Below are positions 37,720 to 52,445 of a stretch of 64,000 nt of DNA, piece by piece. The DNA is taken from the NCBI RefSeq assembly GCF_001194135.2, contig NC_068995.1, positions 2,278,877 to 2,342,876 of the forward strand, written 5' to 3'. The notes under the pieces are model-generated. The model made no database searches and was not told where the DNA came from. It saw only the letters and a list, made by a program, of their open reading frames with translations. The position numbers and the translations under genes are program-made. Numbering within the stretch: position 1 is the first letter of the stretch; each line of letters begins with the position of its first letter. Origin of the DNA: Octopus bimaculoides (lineage: Eukaryota).

Positions 37720-38395
37720 TGTGGTGGTCAATGAAGTTACATGGTTTCTAATGTATAAGGAGATAGGTCATTGTGGTCATCAGTGGAGAGAGCTGGTCAT
37801 TGATATGTAGAGATAGGTAGCTGTGATGGTCACTGAAGATCACTGGTCCCTAATGTAATTAGTAGTAATAGTTACGGTGGTCAGTGGAGATAACCTGGTC
37901 CTAAATATATTATGTACTGATGGGTAGTTGCAGTGGTCAGTAGACTATTGGCTCTTAATATCTAGTATTAGAGGTCAGCAGTGGTCAGTGAAAATAAATA
38001 GGTTTTAATATGCATCCATAAATACTTGTAAGTGGTCAGTAGAAACAATTGGCCTTAAATATATACTAATGAGTTAATTAGTGGTCTCTAATGACCACTA
38101 GTCCTTAACCATTTAACATTTAAACTAGTCATACACGACCCAAATATTCTACCTACTTCATATTCAAACCGGCCATATCAGACCCCTCACACCTACCCTG
38201 CAATGTCATTCTAAAAATAATCACATCACTGAAATCGTGAAACTACAAACTAATGCATGATTAATTCTATGTGAATAAATAAGCATTTAACAGCGGAGTC
38301 TGAAGGCTAAAGGGTCGACCTATATGAATGGGTCAACTGTAGTGGTCAGTGGAGACCAGTGGTCTTTAATCTCTACTGATCGGTAACTGTGATGT
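37720..38395. repeat. Old degenerate minisatellite (about 50-60 bp unit, GTGGTCAGTRGA core) interrupted by a MITE
   Basis: gtggtcagtgga or gtggtcagtaga recurs between 37720 and 38100 and resumes at 38340. Confidence 0.65.
38105..38318. mobile_element. piggyBac-like MITE of about 215 bp
   Basis: Termini ttaaccatttaacattt and gaaggctaaagggtcga resemble a decayed TTAACCCTTTAGCA TIR pair. Confidence 0.55.
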
Positions 38396-38776
38396 TAGGA
38401 AGAAGAGTTATGCTTTTGTTATCTTTTAAACAAAACTGGAAAATCCCTATGGTTCAAATTCAGGCAGCTGCTGCACTGACAATGTCACATGACTAATAAT
38501 GGTTGCTATGGATATGATGATGTGATGTGGGGGGACGGGGGTGGGGAGGCTTTTCACGGTCAGCTGTAATTGGTTCAAAGTGAGGCAGCTACACTAACAA
38601 AAGTCATGTGAATAAAAACAAAAGAAAAGCAGTTGTAAAGAAAGAAAAAAAAATGGTGATGTGGGGGAGGTGAGAGGTGGGAAGTTTTCAAAGATGATTG
38701 AACTGGATTGAAACAGAGGCAGCTATTGGAACCACACACACACACACATTCACACATAGGCTCAAACACATGCTCT

Positions 38777-38807
<31 letters not shown>

Positions 38808-39243
38808 GCATCAAGACATCATGAGGCAGACTGGATAATTATGCATCTTCACAATGTGTTTTTATACATTGTTGTTCCCATTAGATTCCAATCCGACACG
38901 TGTTTCTGTTGCATAAGTGTCTTAATGTCCTCTGATGTAGCATTTATATACATTCACTTGGTTCAGTTGCAGTAAATATTCTTCCAGGTTAGACATTCCT
39001 ATGCAGCTTTGTTCAAAGTTTTACCCATGGGGGTGGATGGGTGGGTGAAGCAAGGAGAGGGTTCAGGTGTTAGAGAGTTCTTCTTAAGGTATATTCCAGG
39101 TGAGGGAATCATAAAGTCTTAGTGTACATTGAAATACAATATGGCTATAGTTCTGGTATCATCTAATCTTAGAATGACCTTTTCAGAATTTAAAGAAATG
39201 GATTATTTTATATACTTAGTTATGTATGTATGTATGTATGTAT

Positions 39244-39277
<34 letters not shown>

Positions 39278-39794
39278 TTTTAGAGAGAGAGATTTATAGA
39301 TATAGGTATTAATGTGCAATGAGAAGTCAGCAAGAACACACAAACATCACCAACACAGGGGCGAGCCCATAGCCTGATGGTGAGTCTATTTGTAGAATTG
39401 ATGAAATATAGCAATAACATGAAAAACACTCTCCTTTTGAACTCTTCCTCTGCTTCCTCTGCCTCCTCCTCCTCCTATTTAGTACACCCTTCCATTAAAC
39501 TCCTTCTACATATACATAACTGTTCACTTGTATAGAGTTGTTTTCATGTCCTCATAAGTAAATAGTGTACAGCTGTCTACATAAAGAGGACAATAGGAAA
39601 ATAAGATGGACAATGTGACCAAAGTACCAGAGTCGTTGTCTTCAATACACAGCTGTTTCATTAAGATAGACACCACTAAATGCAAAATGACGTAATTGTG
39701 ATACATAATTAACTTTAATCAGATCAAATTCAGTCAAATTAACTTAAAAGCTGGGATTGTCCAAATCATTACAAATGTTATGTTAATTAGAAAA

Positions 39795-39831
<37 letters not shown>

Positions 39832-40221
39832 ACATACACATATGTATTGGTGTTAAGCCTAGCAATACATGAAATCTACAGCCAAAAAAAAAAAGGAAAG
39901 AGAAACTACCCCCCCCCCCAACCTTCCTTGACAGAATTCCATGTGGTTTGCATCCGACATTCATCCCAAGAGGAAGAGGCCCCCTGTTTGAAGGTGGGTG
40001 ACATTAAGTGGGGTTGAACATGTAGCAAATCTGTTAACCATACAGCTATGAGTGTGTTAACATAAAATGAATCATGACCTGTTGATACCCTGTGGTACAA
40101 TCACCATGTATAACAGGTGGAAATGGTAGGGAATTTATTGATGTGATATTGTTAAAAAAAAATGCCTGTGGTGGTGGGGGGAAGGGCTATTCCAGATGAT
40201 GTGTGGTAAGATTCTTTCATT

Positions 40222-40394
40222 TCATTAACCATGTGTTCTCCTGTTTCATTAAACCTACATTCTATTTCGTTAACCCTCATTCCATTTCATTAACCCTGCA
40301 GTCCACTTCATTAACCCTTCTATTTCGTTAACCCTCATTCCATTTCATTAACCCTGTAGTCCACTTCATTAACCCTTCTATTTTGTTAGCCCTG
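40222..40394. repeat. Minisatellite with a 58-bp higher-order unit made of three TTAACCCT-containing monomers
   Basis: 40261-40318 and 40319-40376 differ at one base. A third partial unit starts at 40377. Confidence 0.85.
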
Positions 40395-41074
40395 TAATCG
40401 GCCACACATTAATGTAATTGTCTCCCCCACTTCCGACCATATTTTGTCCTTAACAACCTTTTAAAATAATATTGATTTACCATTATGGAAACATAAGCAA
40501 TCCATAGTGAACTCTTACCTTCTTTTTCCCTTTATTAAATTAATTAATTTAGAGGATAATGATGGTGGTGATGATGATGATGGTGTTGCTGCTGGTGCTG
40601 CTGCCGATGGTGAGGGGTGACTTGAGATTGAACCTGTACATGGTGGTTTGGTGGATAGCTTTATTCATTGTCTGATTTTAAAGACATGCAATGTAAACAT
40701 TTCTATGATGTATTTTTGTTGATGTGCCAATTGGAGTGATGACTCAGGGTGAATGATATGTGCCACTCGAAAGAAGACGAATGAACAGAGAGAGAGAGAG
40801 AGTGCGGGGTAATCTATCTATGGAATTGTGCCACTTTGAACAGCACAAAATGAGAGGAAGACAGAGTCTGAAAAATGTGCCACCCTGCATTAAAAAAGAA
40901 ATTTAAAAAAAACATAAGAACATATACGTATATGAAGATAAAAATAAACCCAAAAAGATTGAATAAAACAATATATATATATATGTATGCGTGGTGTGTG
41001 CGTGTGTCTATGTGCACATATATACATACATATACATATATGCATACACATCGTTCATACATATATATATTATG

Positions 41075-41114
<40 letters not shown>

Positions 41115-41171
41115 CATGATGTGTGTGTGTATATATATATATATATCTATATTATGTATATNNNNNNNNNN

Positions 41172-41229
<58 letters not shown>

Positions 41230-42523
41230 GTGTGTAAGTGTATAGTGTGTGTACATATATATATATAAAATTACAAAAAAATATAAAAATAAAAGAATGT
41301 TTAAAATAAACAGTATAAATTATATAAAAAAAAGCAAAAAAAATGGTAAATTGGATGCAAAGTGCTAAGAAGGGTTGGTGAAAGAGTTGGGTTGTGAAAT
41401 GGGTTAGGTGAAACCTAAATGAAAAGAAATGGTATGCAAGAGTGCTTGAACTACAATTAATGAATGTAGACCAAATTTTTAGTGGTTCCAATATATTTAG
41501 TGTCGTCGGTCTAATGATGCTTTAGGGGAAAAAAGAAAAATGGCTGAGAAATTCAACTGGAATCGTTACAAATGACAACAAAGGAAAAAGAATTATAAAT
41601 AAACAAACACACACCACCAGCAGTCTGCTGGAGTTAAGGAATATGAAAACACACAGAAAAAAACAACAACAATAATAATGATAATAATAATAATAATAAA
41701 ATTGACTGTTACAAAATAATAAATAAAAGAGGGGCAAAGTGTTTTCTGGGCCTTTTTTTTTTCATTTTTTTTTCTTGTTTACAGAATATTGTCATTTTAA
41801 AACAAATTTTGATCACTTCTGCTCAAAAAAAAACTTTAAAAAATACAAAAAGATGCTAAAAAAAAATGGAATAGAAAATGATTTTTTCTTTTTTTTTTTT
41901 TTTTTCAAAATGGTCATGTAACCATTTGATAATAAGTCTGTGTTAAAATATTGAATGTATGTCACCTTGGGTGACATTAGGTAATGCAACATGTTGCAAG
42001 GTGATGCAAAGTGATGCAAATCGTCGCATTGTGACACAGAAATATGGGCTTCATTGACAAATATTCTGAATTATATCTCTTGTAAAATTCACTTGAAGAA
42101 TTGGTATAAAGTATATTGTTGTGAAATTTTTATATACATGTGTGTATGTGTGTGTGTGTGGTATATAGATATATATATATGTTATAAATGTATATATATA
42201 TATGAGTATGTGTGTGTGTGTATGTATGTATATATACTATTTATATGGATTCAAACTGTTGTGACAGATAAATGTTTGCATGCCATATATATATATACAG
42301 ATATATGTATATACACATCCATGTATATATATATGTATATATATATGTGTGTGTGTGTGTGTATGTACAAATAGATATACAAAATATACATACATTCTTT
42401 ATATTTGGGTGTCTATAAATCATTTCTTTCTAAACAAATATGTACAATATATAGGAGTTGGTATAAATGCAGTATGTGTGTGGTGTGTATATATATATAT
42501 GTACTTATGTCTATGTATATATG

Positions 42524-42603
<80 letters not shown>

Positions 42604-42678
42604 CATACATACACACATATACATATGTATATATGTACATATATGTAATATATGTCTATATGTGTAAATATATATAGG

Positions 42679-42734
<56 letters not shown>

Positions 42735-43040
42735 CACATATATGATATGTATGTATATAAGTTGACTTCTGTTGTGGATACCCTGAAAAGGCCCTTATTG
42801 TAGGGTTTGCTGTTGTAAATATCTTTCCTCATACACACACACACCCATATGTCTTGTGGTTGACCAATCTAACGTGTTTATCGCATACATGATATTATCA
42901 ATCCAACATTATTAGACAGTGTGTGATAAACTTCTTCTATCTCACACCCTTACATTATTAACATTTTTTTACTTCCATATCTTTGAGTATGTATGTGTAT
43001 ACATAGTGTACATACGTACATATATATGTGTGTGTCTGTG

Positions 43041-43108
<68 letters not shown>

Positions 43109-43147
43109 NNNNNNNNNNATATATATGTACATACACATACATACATG

Positions 43148-43198
<51 letters not shown>

Positions 43199-44351
43199 AT
43201 ATATATAAATATATAAATATATATACAAACACACATACACACACACAGGTACAATGCATATTTGTGTATATAGAGAGCAGCATTCTTTTCAAAACGTATG
43301 TGATTGAAAATACGACTGTGTCTAAGTGTAATCTCATTAATTAAGTATGAAGGTGTCGAAGTGTGAGTGGATTAACTACTTGCATTCCATAGAACGGTTA
43401 CCGTTTCCAACTAAACACAAAGAACAAATATCTAAACAAAAAATTCTTCAATTAAAATTCAAGATTAAATACACATGCAGTCATATCTTCAATTAAACAT
43501 AACAAAGATGTGCATGTGTCTATAAGTATATGTATATGGTATATGTATGTGTATACACACACATGTATATATATATATATATATNNNNNNNNNNNNNNNN
43601 NNNNNNNNNNNNNNNNNNNNNNNNNNNNNNNNNNNNNNNNNNNNNNNNNNNNNNNNNNNNNNNNNNNNNNNNNNNNNNNNNNNNNNNNNNNNNNNNNNNN
43701 NNNNNATATATGTATGCATATATATATATATATGTATGCATATATATATATATACATGCATACATATATATGTGTATGGATAGGAATTTCTTTTGAAGTT
43801 TAAGATTTCAAATGAATCTGAGAGGATTTAATTGGCCACAGTCTGTGGAGAGGGGCAAGAAGGGATGAGAGGGGTGTTAGGAGAAAAAATATTGAATACC
43901 AAATATATAAATGAATTTAATTGCAAACCTTCGTTATGTTATGATAAAATTTAAACTAAACGTGTGTAAGTGTGTTTGTAATATAATGAGCAAAACAATT
44001 AAATTTTTACATATTTTAATCTTTAAGATCTTTTCACTTATATATGTTTGTGTGTCTGTGTGTATCTATCTTCTCTTTCTCTCCCTATACATTCATGCAT
44101 ATAAATATATGTGTGTGTATATATATGTATGTATGTATATGTTTTATGTATAATAGAAAAATCTGGTAAGTGTCTGATGAAGTGTCACTCAGAGTTATTC
44201 AAGCAAAGATAGATATATACAGGTCTTGTGTCATCTGTCATACACATAATACTTTATATGTAGCATGGTTGAAAGCTGTGTGCTACTGAAACAATTGTAA
44301 CTAATATTAAAGTTAGACTTACTGAAATCCTTCATCTTTTTCCATGTCTAA

Positions 44352-44402
<51 letters not shown>

Positions 44403-45156
44403 GAGTTATGGAATAGAGTAGGTATGATATCGGGTTACCTACTATATCTTTCATAGTGGGTGGAACCTCAGAAATGGTAACAATCCAAGCAAGGTGTATA
44501 CTGCTGGCTATTCTTCAGGCCAAGGATATCTTGATTAAATTAAAGGTTTCATTGTCGCAAGGATGTACATGTTGATGCATAGAGTGTGTGTGTGTGTGTA
44601 TGTGTGTGTGTATGTGTGTGTGTATGCCATAATGTTTATCAGTATTTGTTAACAACAGTGTGATAACACAGGGAAGTCTCAGTGTTGTATAAAGGTGAAT
44701 ATTTTTGACTAAACAGTATGAGCTTTCTAACAGTGACATTGCTGCACAGTTTTACCTGTGTATTTTTTTCGAAATGGTATATCCATGTATGTGTGTAACC
44801 ATCTATGATAGAAAAGGCAGCAAATACCCATGGATACTTCGATATACACGGTTTAAATAATCAACGCTGGTGAAACCGTGCAGTAATGGTAGAATGATTA
44901 AACCTATAATACTGTTGAATCACACATGTATATCATGAAATATAGTTGTGTTTGGGATTTTAATATTATTTCATGGGTAATTCTTCAAACCTTCAAGTCT
45001 TCAGCCCTTCTATTATTTCCTTCTTCCACAACATAAACTCTTGTTCTCAGATATTTCAAAACAATAGATCCTCTCAGCATTTTCAATTTAAACTTTCAAA
45101 CTGTTACTTGAAGCAATTCCTATTCTTAAATAGACATATATTTACATATACATATC

Positions 45157-45265
<109 letters not shown>

Positions 45266-45334
45266 TTATTATGTATGTATGTTTGTATGTATGTATAGAT
45301 AGATAGATATATACATATATATAGATATACATAT

Positions 45335-45385
<51 letters not shown>

Positions 45386-45680
45386 TATAATGATGACTTT
45401 GTATGGCTCTGATATATTAAAAGACATCCTGGAATCTGCAACAAACATGAACTAAAACTGAGGCTTGGAAATAACTCAGGATAAAGAAACAAAAACAAAA
45501 TAAATAAATATAGATTTTCTTAAAATATTGCAAAATTACTTCCTCCTTTATCTCTTCCTCTTCTTCTTCTCTTTTTTCATCAATTTCTTCATCTTTTTCA
45601 TATAACTGTTATTGTTATTGTTGTTGTTGTTGTTATTATTATTATTATTATCATTATTATTATTATTATTATTATTATTA

Positions 45681-45941
45681 AGGGCAATAAATGGCAGAGT
45701 CAGCAGGGTTAGCGGACCAAAATGCATTGTGGTAATTCTTTTTATGACCCTTTATGTTTTGAGTTCGAATCCCAGTGGAGTCAGAGTCATCTTCAATCCT
45801 TCTGGGAACAATGAACAAAATCACCATTGAATTAATTAGAGCTAAATTATTCATCAATAACAAAACCTCTACCCCAAATACACACACACACACACACATA
45901 CACTGTGGTCTGGTGCCTAAAAAAAACATTAATATTACTGC

Positions 45942-45987
<46 letters not shown>

Positions 45988-46259
45988 CAGGCGGTGAGCT
46001 GGCAGAATTGTTAGCATGCCAGGTGAAATGCTTCGCAGTATTTCTTCCATCATTACATTCTGAGTTCAAATTCCACCAAGGTCAACTTTGCCGTTTATCC
46101 TTTTGGGCTCAATGAAATAAGTACCAGTTACACACTGGGGTTGATGTAATCAACGATACCCCTCCCCTAAAATTTCTGGCCTTGTGCCTATAGTAGAAAG
46201 GATTACTATTGTTATTATTATTATCATTATTATTATTAATATTATTATTATTATTATCC
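45681..46259 (+). mobile_element. Two same-orientation SINE B copies with flanking (ATT)n tracts
   Basis: Diverged copy at about 45681-45830 and a better copy at 45989-46201; (ATT)n at 45612-45680, 45945-45986 and 46202-46259. Confidence 0.75.
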
Positions 46260-46659
46260 ACATTTCTGTAGGATACTTTTTTTTCATGCATCGTATATTT
46301 TATGAATATATTTTAAGATATATGTATATTTAAGAGATATATACATATATATTTAATGTATATTTATTTACAAATATGTTCATCTGTGTATGTGTGTGAG
46401 TGTGGGTGCAAATGTATGTGCACATGTGTGTTGGCTAAAAGAACACATATACACACATACATGAACTTATATTCACACACACACATTCACATACAAGAAG
46501 ACTCACACACATACTTGCCACGGGTCCCATAGATTATATATAATCTGTGATGACATACCATACAAGCACAACCAACTGGCACAGACATATATATATGCGT
46601 GTATGTTTGTGTGTGTGTGTGTGTGTATATAAATAGTCATATCCATATATGTATAAATG

Positions 46660-46732
<73 letters not shown>

Positions 46733-46838
46733 AGAAATCAAAGGAAAACCTGATTTTACTGAAATAGGAAACTATATTCAGTAATTCTTTTTTTCCTTTG
46801 ATAATATGCTCTTAACAATTCTACTGCTGCTGCTGCTG

Positions 46839-46874
<36 letters not shown>

Positions 46875-46986
46875 ATATATATTATCTTATTCAATAATAC
46901 TCATAGTATTTTCTTTGATATGATGAATATTATATTAATATGATAATAACAAAAACAATAACACAATAACAATAATAATAGTAAGA

Positions 46987-47027
<41 letters not shown>

Positions 47028-47166
47028 ACTGTTACCAATAAAATGATGATGATGATGATAATGATGATGATGATGACAGTTTCTTTAATTGCTATAGAGG
47101 CACTAAGTACTCTTGAGGGTACTATGACAATATAGTGCATGCAGAGGTTATATATATATATATATA

Positions 47167-47304
47167 TAGGCAATAACTGCTGTAGTCTCTGGTCCCTGAA
47201 GTATGGATGTATGTATGTATGTATGTATGTATGTATGTATGTATATATATATATATATATATATACATACTTCAGGGACCAGAGACTACAGCAGTTATTG
47301 CCTA
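47167..47304. mobile_element. MITE-like element: perfect 39-bp inverted repeats around a (GTAT)n(AT)n core, inside (TA)n
   Basis: taggcaataactgctgtagtctctggtccctgaagtatg (47167-47205) is the exact reverse complement of 47266-47304. Confidence 0.85.
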
Positions 47305-47736
47305 TATATATATATATGTACATGCATTTATGTGTGTGTGTTTATATATTCTTGTGTATATATGTATATACATTCATACATATGCATAAATATGTATGTA
47401 AATATATCTATATATAAGTATGTATGTATGTATTTAATTGAAGATGACTCTTCAGTGCTCCAACTTCTTCTGGTTTGGGCTACAGAAAGAACCAAGATAA
47501 ATTGCATTACTTAAAGTTTCAGAGAATTCAGTGAAATAAATCCTTTTCGATCCTTCAGATGCTTGGTTGTGAGAACTGATGAAACAAACGGTCGGCACTC
47601 TTCTATCTCACTTCTGTGACTCTTAAAGTAATGTGATTCTCAGTTAAATAGTTCACAGAAATAAATGTTAAAACCTATGAAACATTTTGCAGTCATCTTG
47701 TCTTTCATTTGTACACCTTTAGACATTAATGTATAC

Positions 47737-47767
<31 letters not shown>

Positions 47768-47986
47768 TAAGCATATATATATATATAAACAGTTAACCAC
47801 ATGTACAATGAGAAAAGAAATAGACCTGTATATCAGTGAAACAAAGGAATATATTTAAACATGTTATACAAACATGGAATGTTCATGTACAGTACTTGAA
47901 GTTTCCCAGCAAGCCATGGCTGTCAAGTTTTGGCAGCCAATGCATATGCTACAATTCATCAGTTGTTGTGTGGCATATACATATGT

Positions 47987-48025
<39 letters not shown>

Positions 48026-49159
48026 TATACACATGTATATACATATACATGTATATGCATGTATATTTTCACTCACTGTAGCATTGAGTACTCTTGATGG
48101 ACTGCTGCTGCTATTTATACTGGTGTGTGTGTGTATGTGTGTGTGTGTGTGTGTGTTTATTCAACTCTAGTTGTAGACTTGGAAACTTTTCCATAATCTA
48201 GAAAGAAAAGAGAATTTGGTCGCAGCTCTCAAACTGAACACTACTTAAAAAATTAAAAAGAATGCATGCAGGGTCAACATGTAGGTTTAAGGTTAATGCA
48301 TTTGTTTAACGTTGATAAATATGCTTTGAGTTGAGTTACTGAGTAGACAAGACTTGGCTTTCATTTGAACTCATGTACAGGATTTTACTGTCTTTTCAAT
48401 TGGTGCTCTTCAATTTGATTTTCTCAGTAAGTGTTTTAAAAAAACAATTTTAGATAAAATTTTAAAAATTAAATTGTTGGGTTTAGTCTTCAAACTTATA
48501 AAAATAGGAGATGGATCCTCTATAATGATAATAATAATAATAATAATAATAATAATGGTTCATTGTGCAAATTGAAATGTTGGTGTCACATTTTACATTT
48601 TAATTTATAGAGAAATAATTTCTTATGACTGACAGAGATTCCTTGAAGCAGGAAAACCATGAAATTAATTAAACGAGGAACTCTCTAAATTTAGAGTTTG
48701 ATAAAAGGGTTTTTCTAGAAAACAATTGTTATCTCCCTTGAAAATAGTGGCTTNNNNNNNNNNGAATAATGTTATTTGGTGATGTTCATTCTTTTCCATT
48801 GTAAATGAAGTGATGTGAAGAGGTATCTAGTCAGGATTGAAACAGCTATTTACATCTTTATATCCCTGAAGTTTACTTCCTCTGCTACTATATTTACTGG
48901 TGTATAAGTCACACCTTTAATTTGGTGTTAAATTTTGGGGCAAAATCTTTTTCCCCTTTATAGTTTTAGCTTTGCCCCATGTACAAGTCACATCCCTAGT
49001 TTTTTTTAATGTTAGATTCAACTACAAAACAGTGTGACCAATACAATGGTAAATATAGCAAAATGTAAAGTTAGTGAGCAAAATCTGTTTGAATCCAGTT
49101 CACCTCATTTACACTGAAAATGCCCTGGGAAAAGCCATAGACATTACAATAACTCCATT

Positions 49160-49195
<36 letters not shown>

Positions 49196-49500
49196 CCTTT
49201 GTGCCTGGTTGATTTATATAATTACCATGTTTTGTTTGATAGACAAAAATAACATTTTTTCCTATCAGTTTCATTAATAGATTTATCAAATATAAAATCC
49301 AAACCAGAATTTTAACAACTTCCTATCATGTTATTATCTTCAACATCTCTTCATAGTTCTTGCCTCTAAATCATAATTTCTGAATTTTTGGAAATGTTTC
49401 TAAATTCCTGTTTTTTTTTAATTATTATTTTGTTTAATAAAGTTAACTTATATAACAATATATAAAACTAAATCAGTTTCCATTCTTGTACAAATAGATT

Positions 49501-49546
49501 TTTATTATTATCATTATTATTATCATCATCATCGTCATTATTATTA

Positions 49547-49643
<97 letters not shown>

Positions 49644-49895
49644 CAAGGTGGCAAGCTGGCAAAACCGTTAGCATGCCGGGCAAAATGCTTAGTGGTATTT
49701 AGTTCATTTTTAAGTTCTGAGTTCAAATTCCACTGAGGTCAGCTTTGCCTTTCATCCTTTCGGGGGTCGATAAAATAAGTACCAGTTGTGCACTGGGATC
49801 GATGTAATCGACTCACCCACTCTCCAAACTTGCTGGCTGTGTGCCAAAATTCGAAACCATTATTATAATTACTATTCATATTACTATCATTATTA

Positions 49896-49931
<36 letters not shown>

Positions 49932-50145
49932 AGGCAGCGAGCTGGCAGAATTGTTGGCTCATCAGATAATTTTCAGCAGCATTTTGTTCTGGCCCTTTAC
50001 ATTCTCAGTTCAGATTCTGCTGAGGTCAACTTTGCCTTTAATCATTTTGTCAGGGGTCAATAAAATAAAACACCAGTCATGTACTGGGATCGATATAATC
50101 GATTCTCCTCTTTCCCTTGAAATTGCTGGCCTTGTGCCAAAAAAT
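49501..50145 (+). mobile_element. (ATT)n - SINE B - (ATT)n - SINE B tandem
   Basis: Copies at 49644-49858 and 49930-50145, each preceded by ATT-rich tracts. Confidence 0.8.
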
Positions 50146-50815
50146 TTGTTACAGTTATTGTTATTTTTATTATTACGTGCAATTAAAAAAAAATAACTAA
50201 CTAAAGCATGTTTCTTCTCTCAAACTAACCTCCATTTTGACTTGCTATTGGTTCCTATCACTATTCTCTCTCTTTCTCACACACACACACACGCATACAC
50301 ACACACACACACACAAACACACAAACACACTCACATACATACACATACATACATGCACGCAAACAGAATCTATTGGCTCAGATCGGATGTTGCAGAAGAG
50401 AAGGTTGTTGGGTTTTTTTGTCATTTTTTCCATTCTTTCTAGAAAATTCTTTACCTTCTCAAATAACATATCTTAGCAGAAAACTTTGATGAACCAATGG
50501 TTTCTATTTTAAAATATTGTTTATTTTAAAAAATATAAAAAATAATTCTCAAAATATCTCAAGTGTCAAAGCAGGGCTATTGGCATTCTTTAATAAATAC
50601 TTAGCTATTTNNNNNNNNNNNNNNNNNNNNNNNNNNNNNNNNNNNNNNNNNNNNNNNNNNNNNNNNNNNNNNNNNNNNNNNNNNNNNNNNNNNNNNNNNN
50701 NNNNNNNNNNNNNNNNNNNNNNNNNNNNATATATATATATATGTATGCATGTATGTATATATATATATATATGTATGCATGTATGTATATATATATATAT
50801 ATATATATGTATATT

Positions 50816-50846
<31 letters not shown>

Positions 50847-51194
50847 AATTGTGTGTATATACATATGTATATATGTGTGTAGATATATATGTATATACAT
50901 GTGTGTAAATATACCTATGTGTAATAAATGTGTGTGTCTGTGTAAAATTGAATATATATAATTGGATTGAGTTATTTCTAATTGTAAGATAAATTGTTTC
51001 AAAACTCAGGCGATGTTTGTTGTTGTTGTTGTTAATATTCTTTAATTGTTTTTTATCGGTATTTATCCATACCTGTCTATCATTCATCAGTCAAATACTA
51101 TCTGCACATATCCGTACAACACATTTTTCCAGAAACTATTTTCCCTATGTTTAAAAAGGTGAATCTTTCCCGAAATATAAAATCAATAAATGAC

Positions 51195-51237
<43 letters not shown>

Positions 51238-51589
51238 ATTGGTAAGTAGTTATGTTTACAATGGGAGAAAAATCTATAGAATGCATAAATTAGAGTGTGC
51301 ATATTCTATTGGAAACTGGAAGTTTTGGGATCGTAATTCTGAAATTCACATTTACGATTGTTCAATGATTGAAGTAAAAGAAGTAGCATGATAATATATA
51401 AGGAAAAATATTTGCAAAGACATTGAAATACGACCAGTGAACTGCACAGTGAGATTTTATAGGCAGTACCCCACTAAAAGAGCTGTAAGCAAAATGCATC
51501 GCATATTCATCTATTCATTACCATATACAGTGTGATAACGTGTGATCACACGTCCGCGACTTCAGTATGATATGCGAATGACACTTAGG

Positions 51590-51742
51590 AGTAAGGGAAG
51601 CAACTGGTATTTAATTTATCAACACCGAAAGGATGAAAAGCAAAGCCGACCTCGGCGGAATTTGAAGTCAGAACATAAAGACAGACGAAATACCACCAAG
51701 CATTTCGTCCGGCGTTCTAATGTTTCTGCCAGCTGCCGCCTT
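51590..51742 (-). mobile_element. SINE family B, 5' half, CpG-intact
   Basis: gaaaggatgaaaagcaaagccgacctcggcggaatttgaagtcagaac...catttcgtccggcgttctaatgtttctgccagctgccgcctt. Confidence 0.8.
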
Positions 51743-51879
51743 ACGAATTCTCAATATCGCCAATATTATCAGCTTTTACACTCCAGATATATTTAGAAAG
51801 TGAAGTGGTAACGCATCATTCAGTGTGAATGTATGCCTACGCTGTTGATATCTCGTCGCTTATGAGGCAACTAGAAGAG

Positions 51880-52445
51880 AGATTCTTATGAAGTATTTGT
51901 TGAAATGGGAAAAACCTTTGATAAGATGCCACGTTATGTTTGTTGGTGGTTACTGAGAGAACTTGATGTACATAAATGAGTCGTGAGAGCCATACAAGCT
52001 AAGTACAGAGATGCCGTCAGCAAGGTGAGATTTAACGAATTCAGCGACAAATTCAGTTTGCAGGTTGGTGTCCCTGAAGACTCTGTTTCCTCTCCGTTTG
52101 TATTATATTTCTGAACATCGTAACAAAGGATTTTAAAACTAGAATTCTATGGCAACTTGTACTTGACGTTGATGTAATTATTGCAGATGTATATGTCAAA
52201 GAATAACAGAAGAAACTCCAAACTTGGTAGGAAACCCTAGAATTGAATGGTCTCAGCGTAAACCGAGATATGTGAAGAGTTTTTACAAAAGGGAAGATAG
52301 AATTTTGCTGCCTTTGGAGAAATGACCACGTCTGATATGTATAACGGTTAATTAAGAATTCTAGATGCTGTAGTCAATGTTAACTGTGAGTGTACGATGA
52401 GGATTCTTGTGAGTATTTGCAGGAGAAGCCCTCAACTTGGCTGAG
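51880..52445 (+). pseudogene. Decayed RTE-clade reverse transcriptase fragment
   Basis: VFVEMGKTFDKMPRYVCWWLLRELDVHK*VVRAIQAKYRDAVSKVRFNEFSDKFSLQVGVPEDSVSSP corresponds to the RT motifs FVDLEKAFDRVPR and GVHQGSVLSP. Stops and frameshifts follow. Confidence 0.8.

Noticed and set aside
39630-39700. Possible Penelope-type hammerhead ribozyme (GAAACAGCTGT on the - strand)
   Set aside because: The CTGATGA core and the pairing stems are absent.
40505-40620. Minus-strand donor-like aag|gtaagag suggesting an opposite-strand gene
   Set aside because: No open frame, acceptor or partner exons were found.
47559-47627. Exon-like segment (ccttcag ... aaa|gtaatg)
   Set aside because: All three frames contain stops, and a non-coding exon cannot be supported without transcript data.
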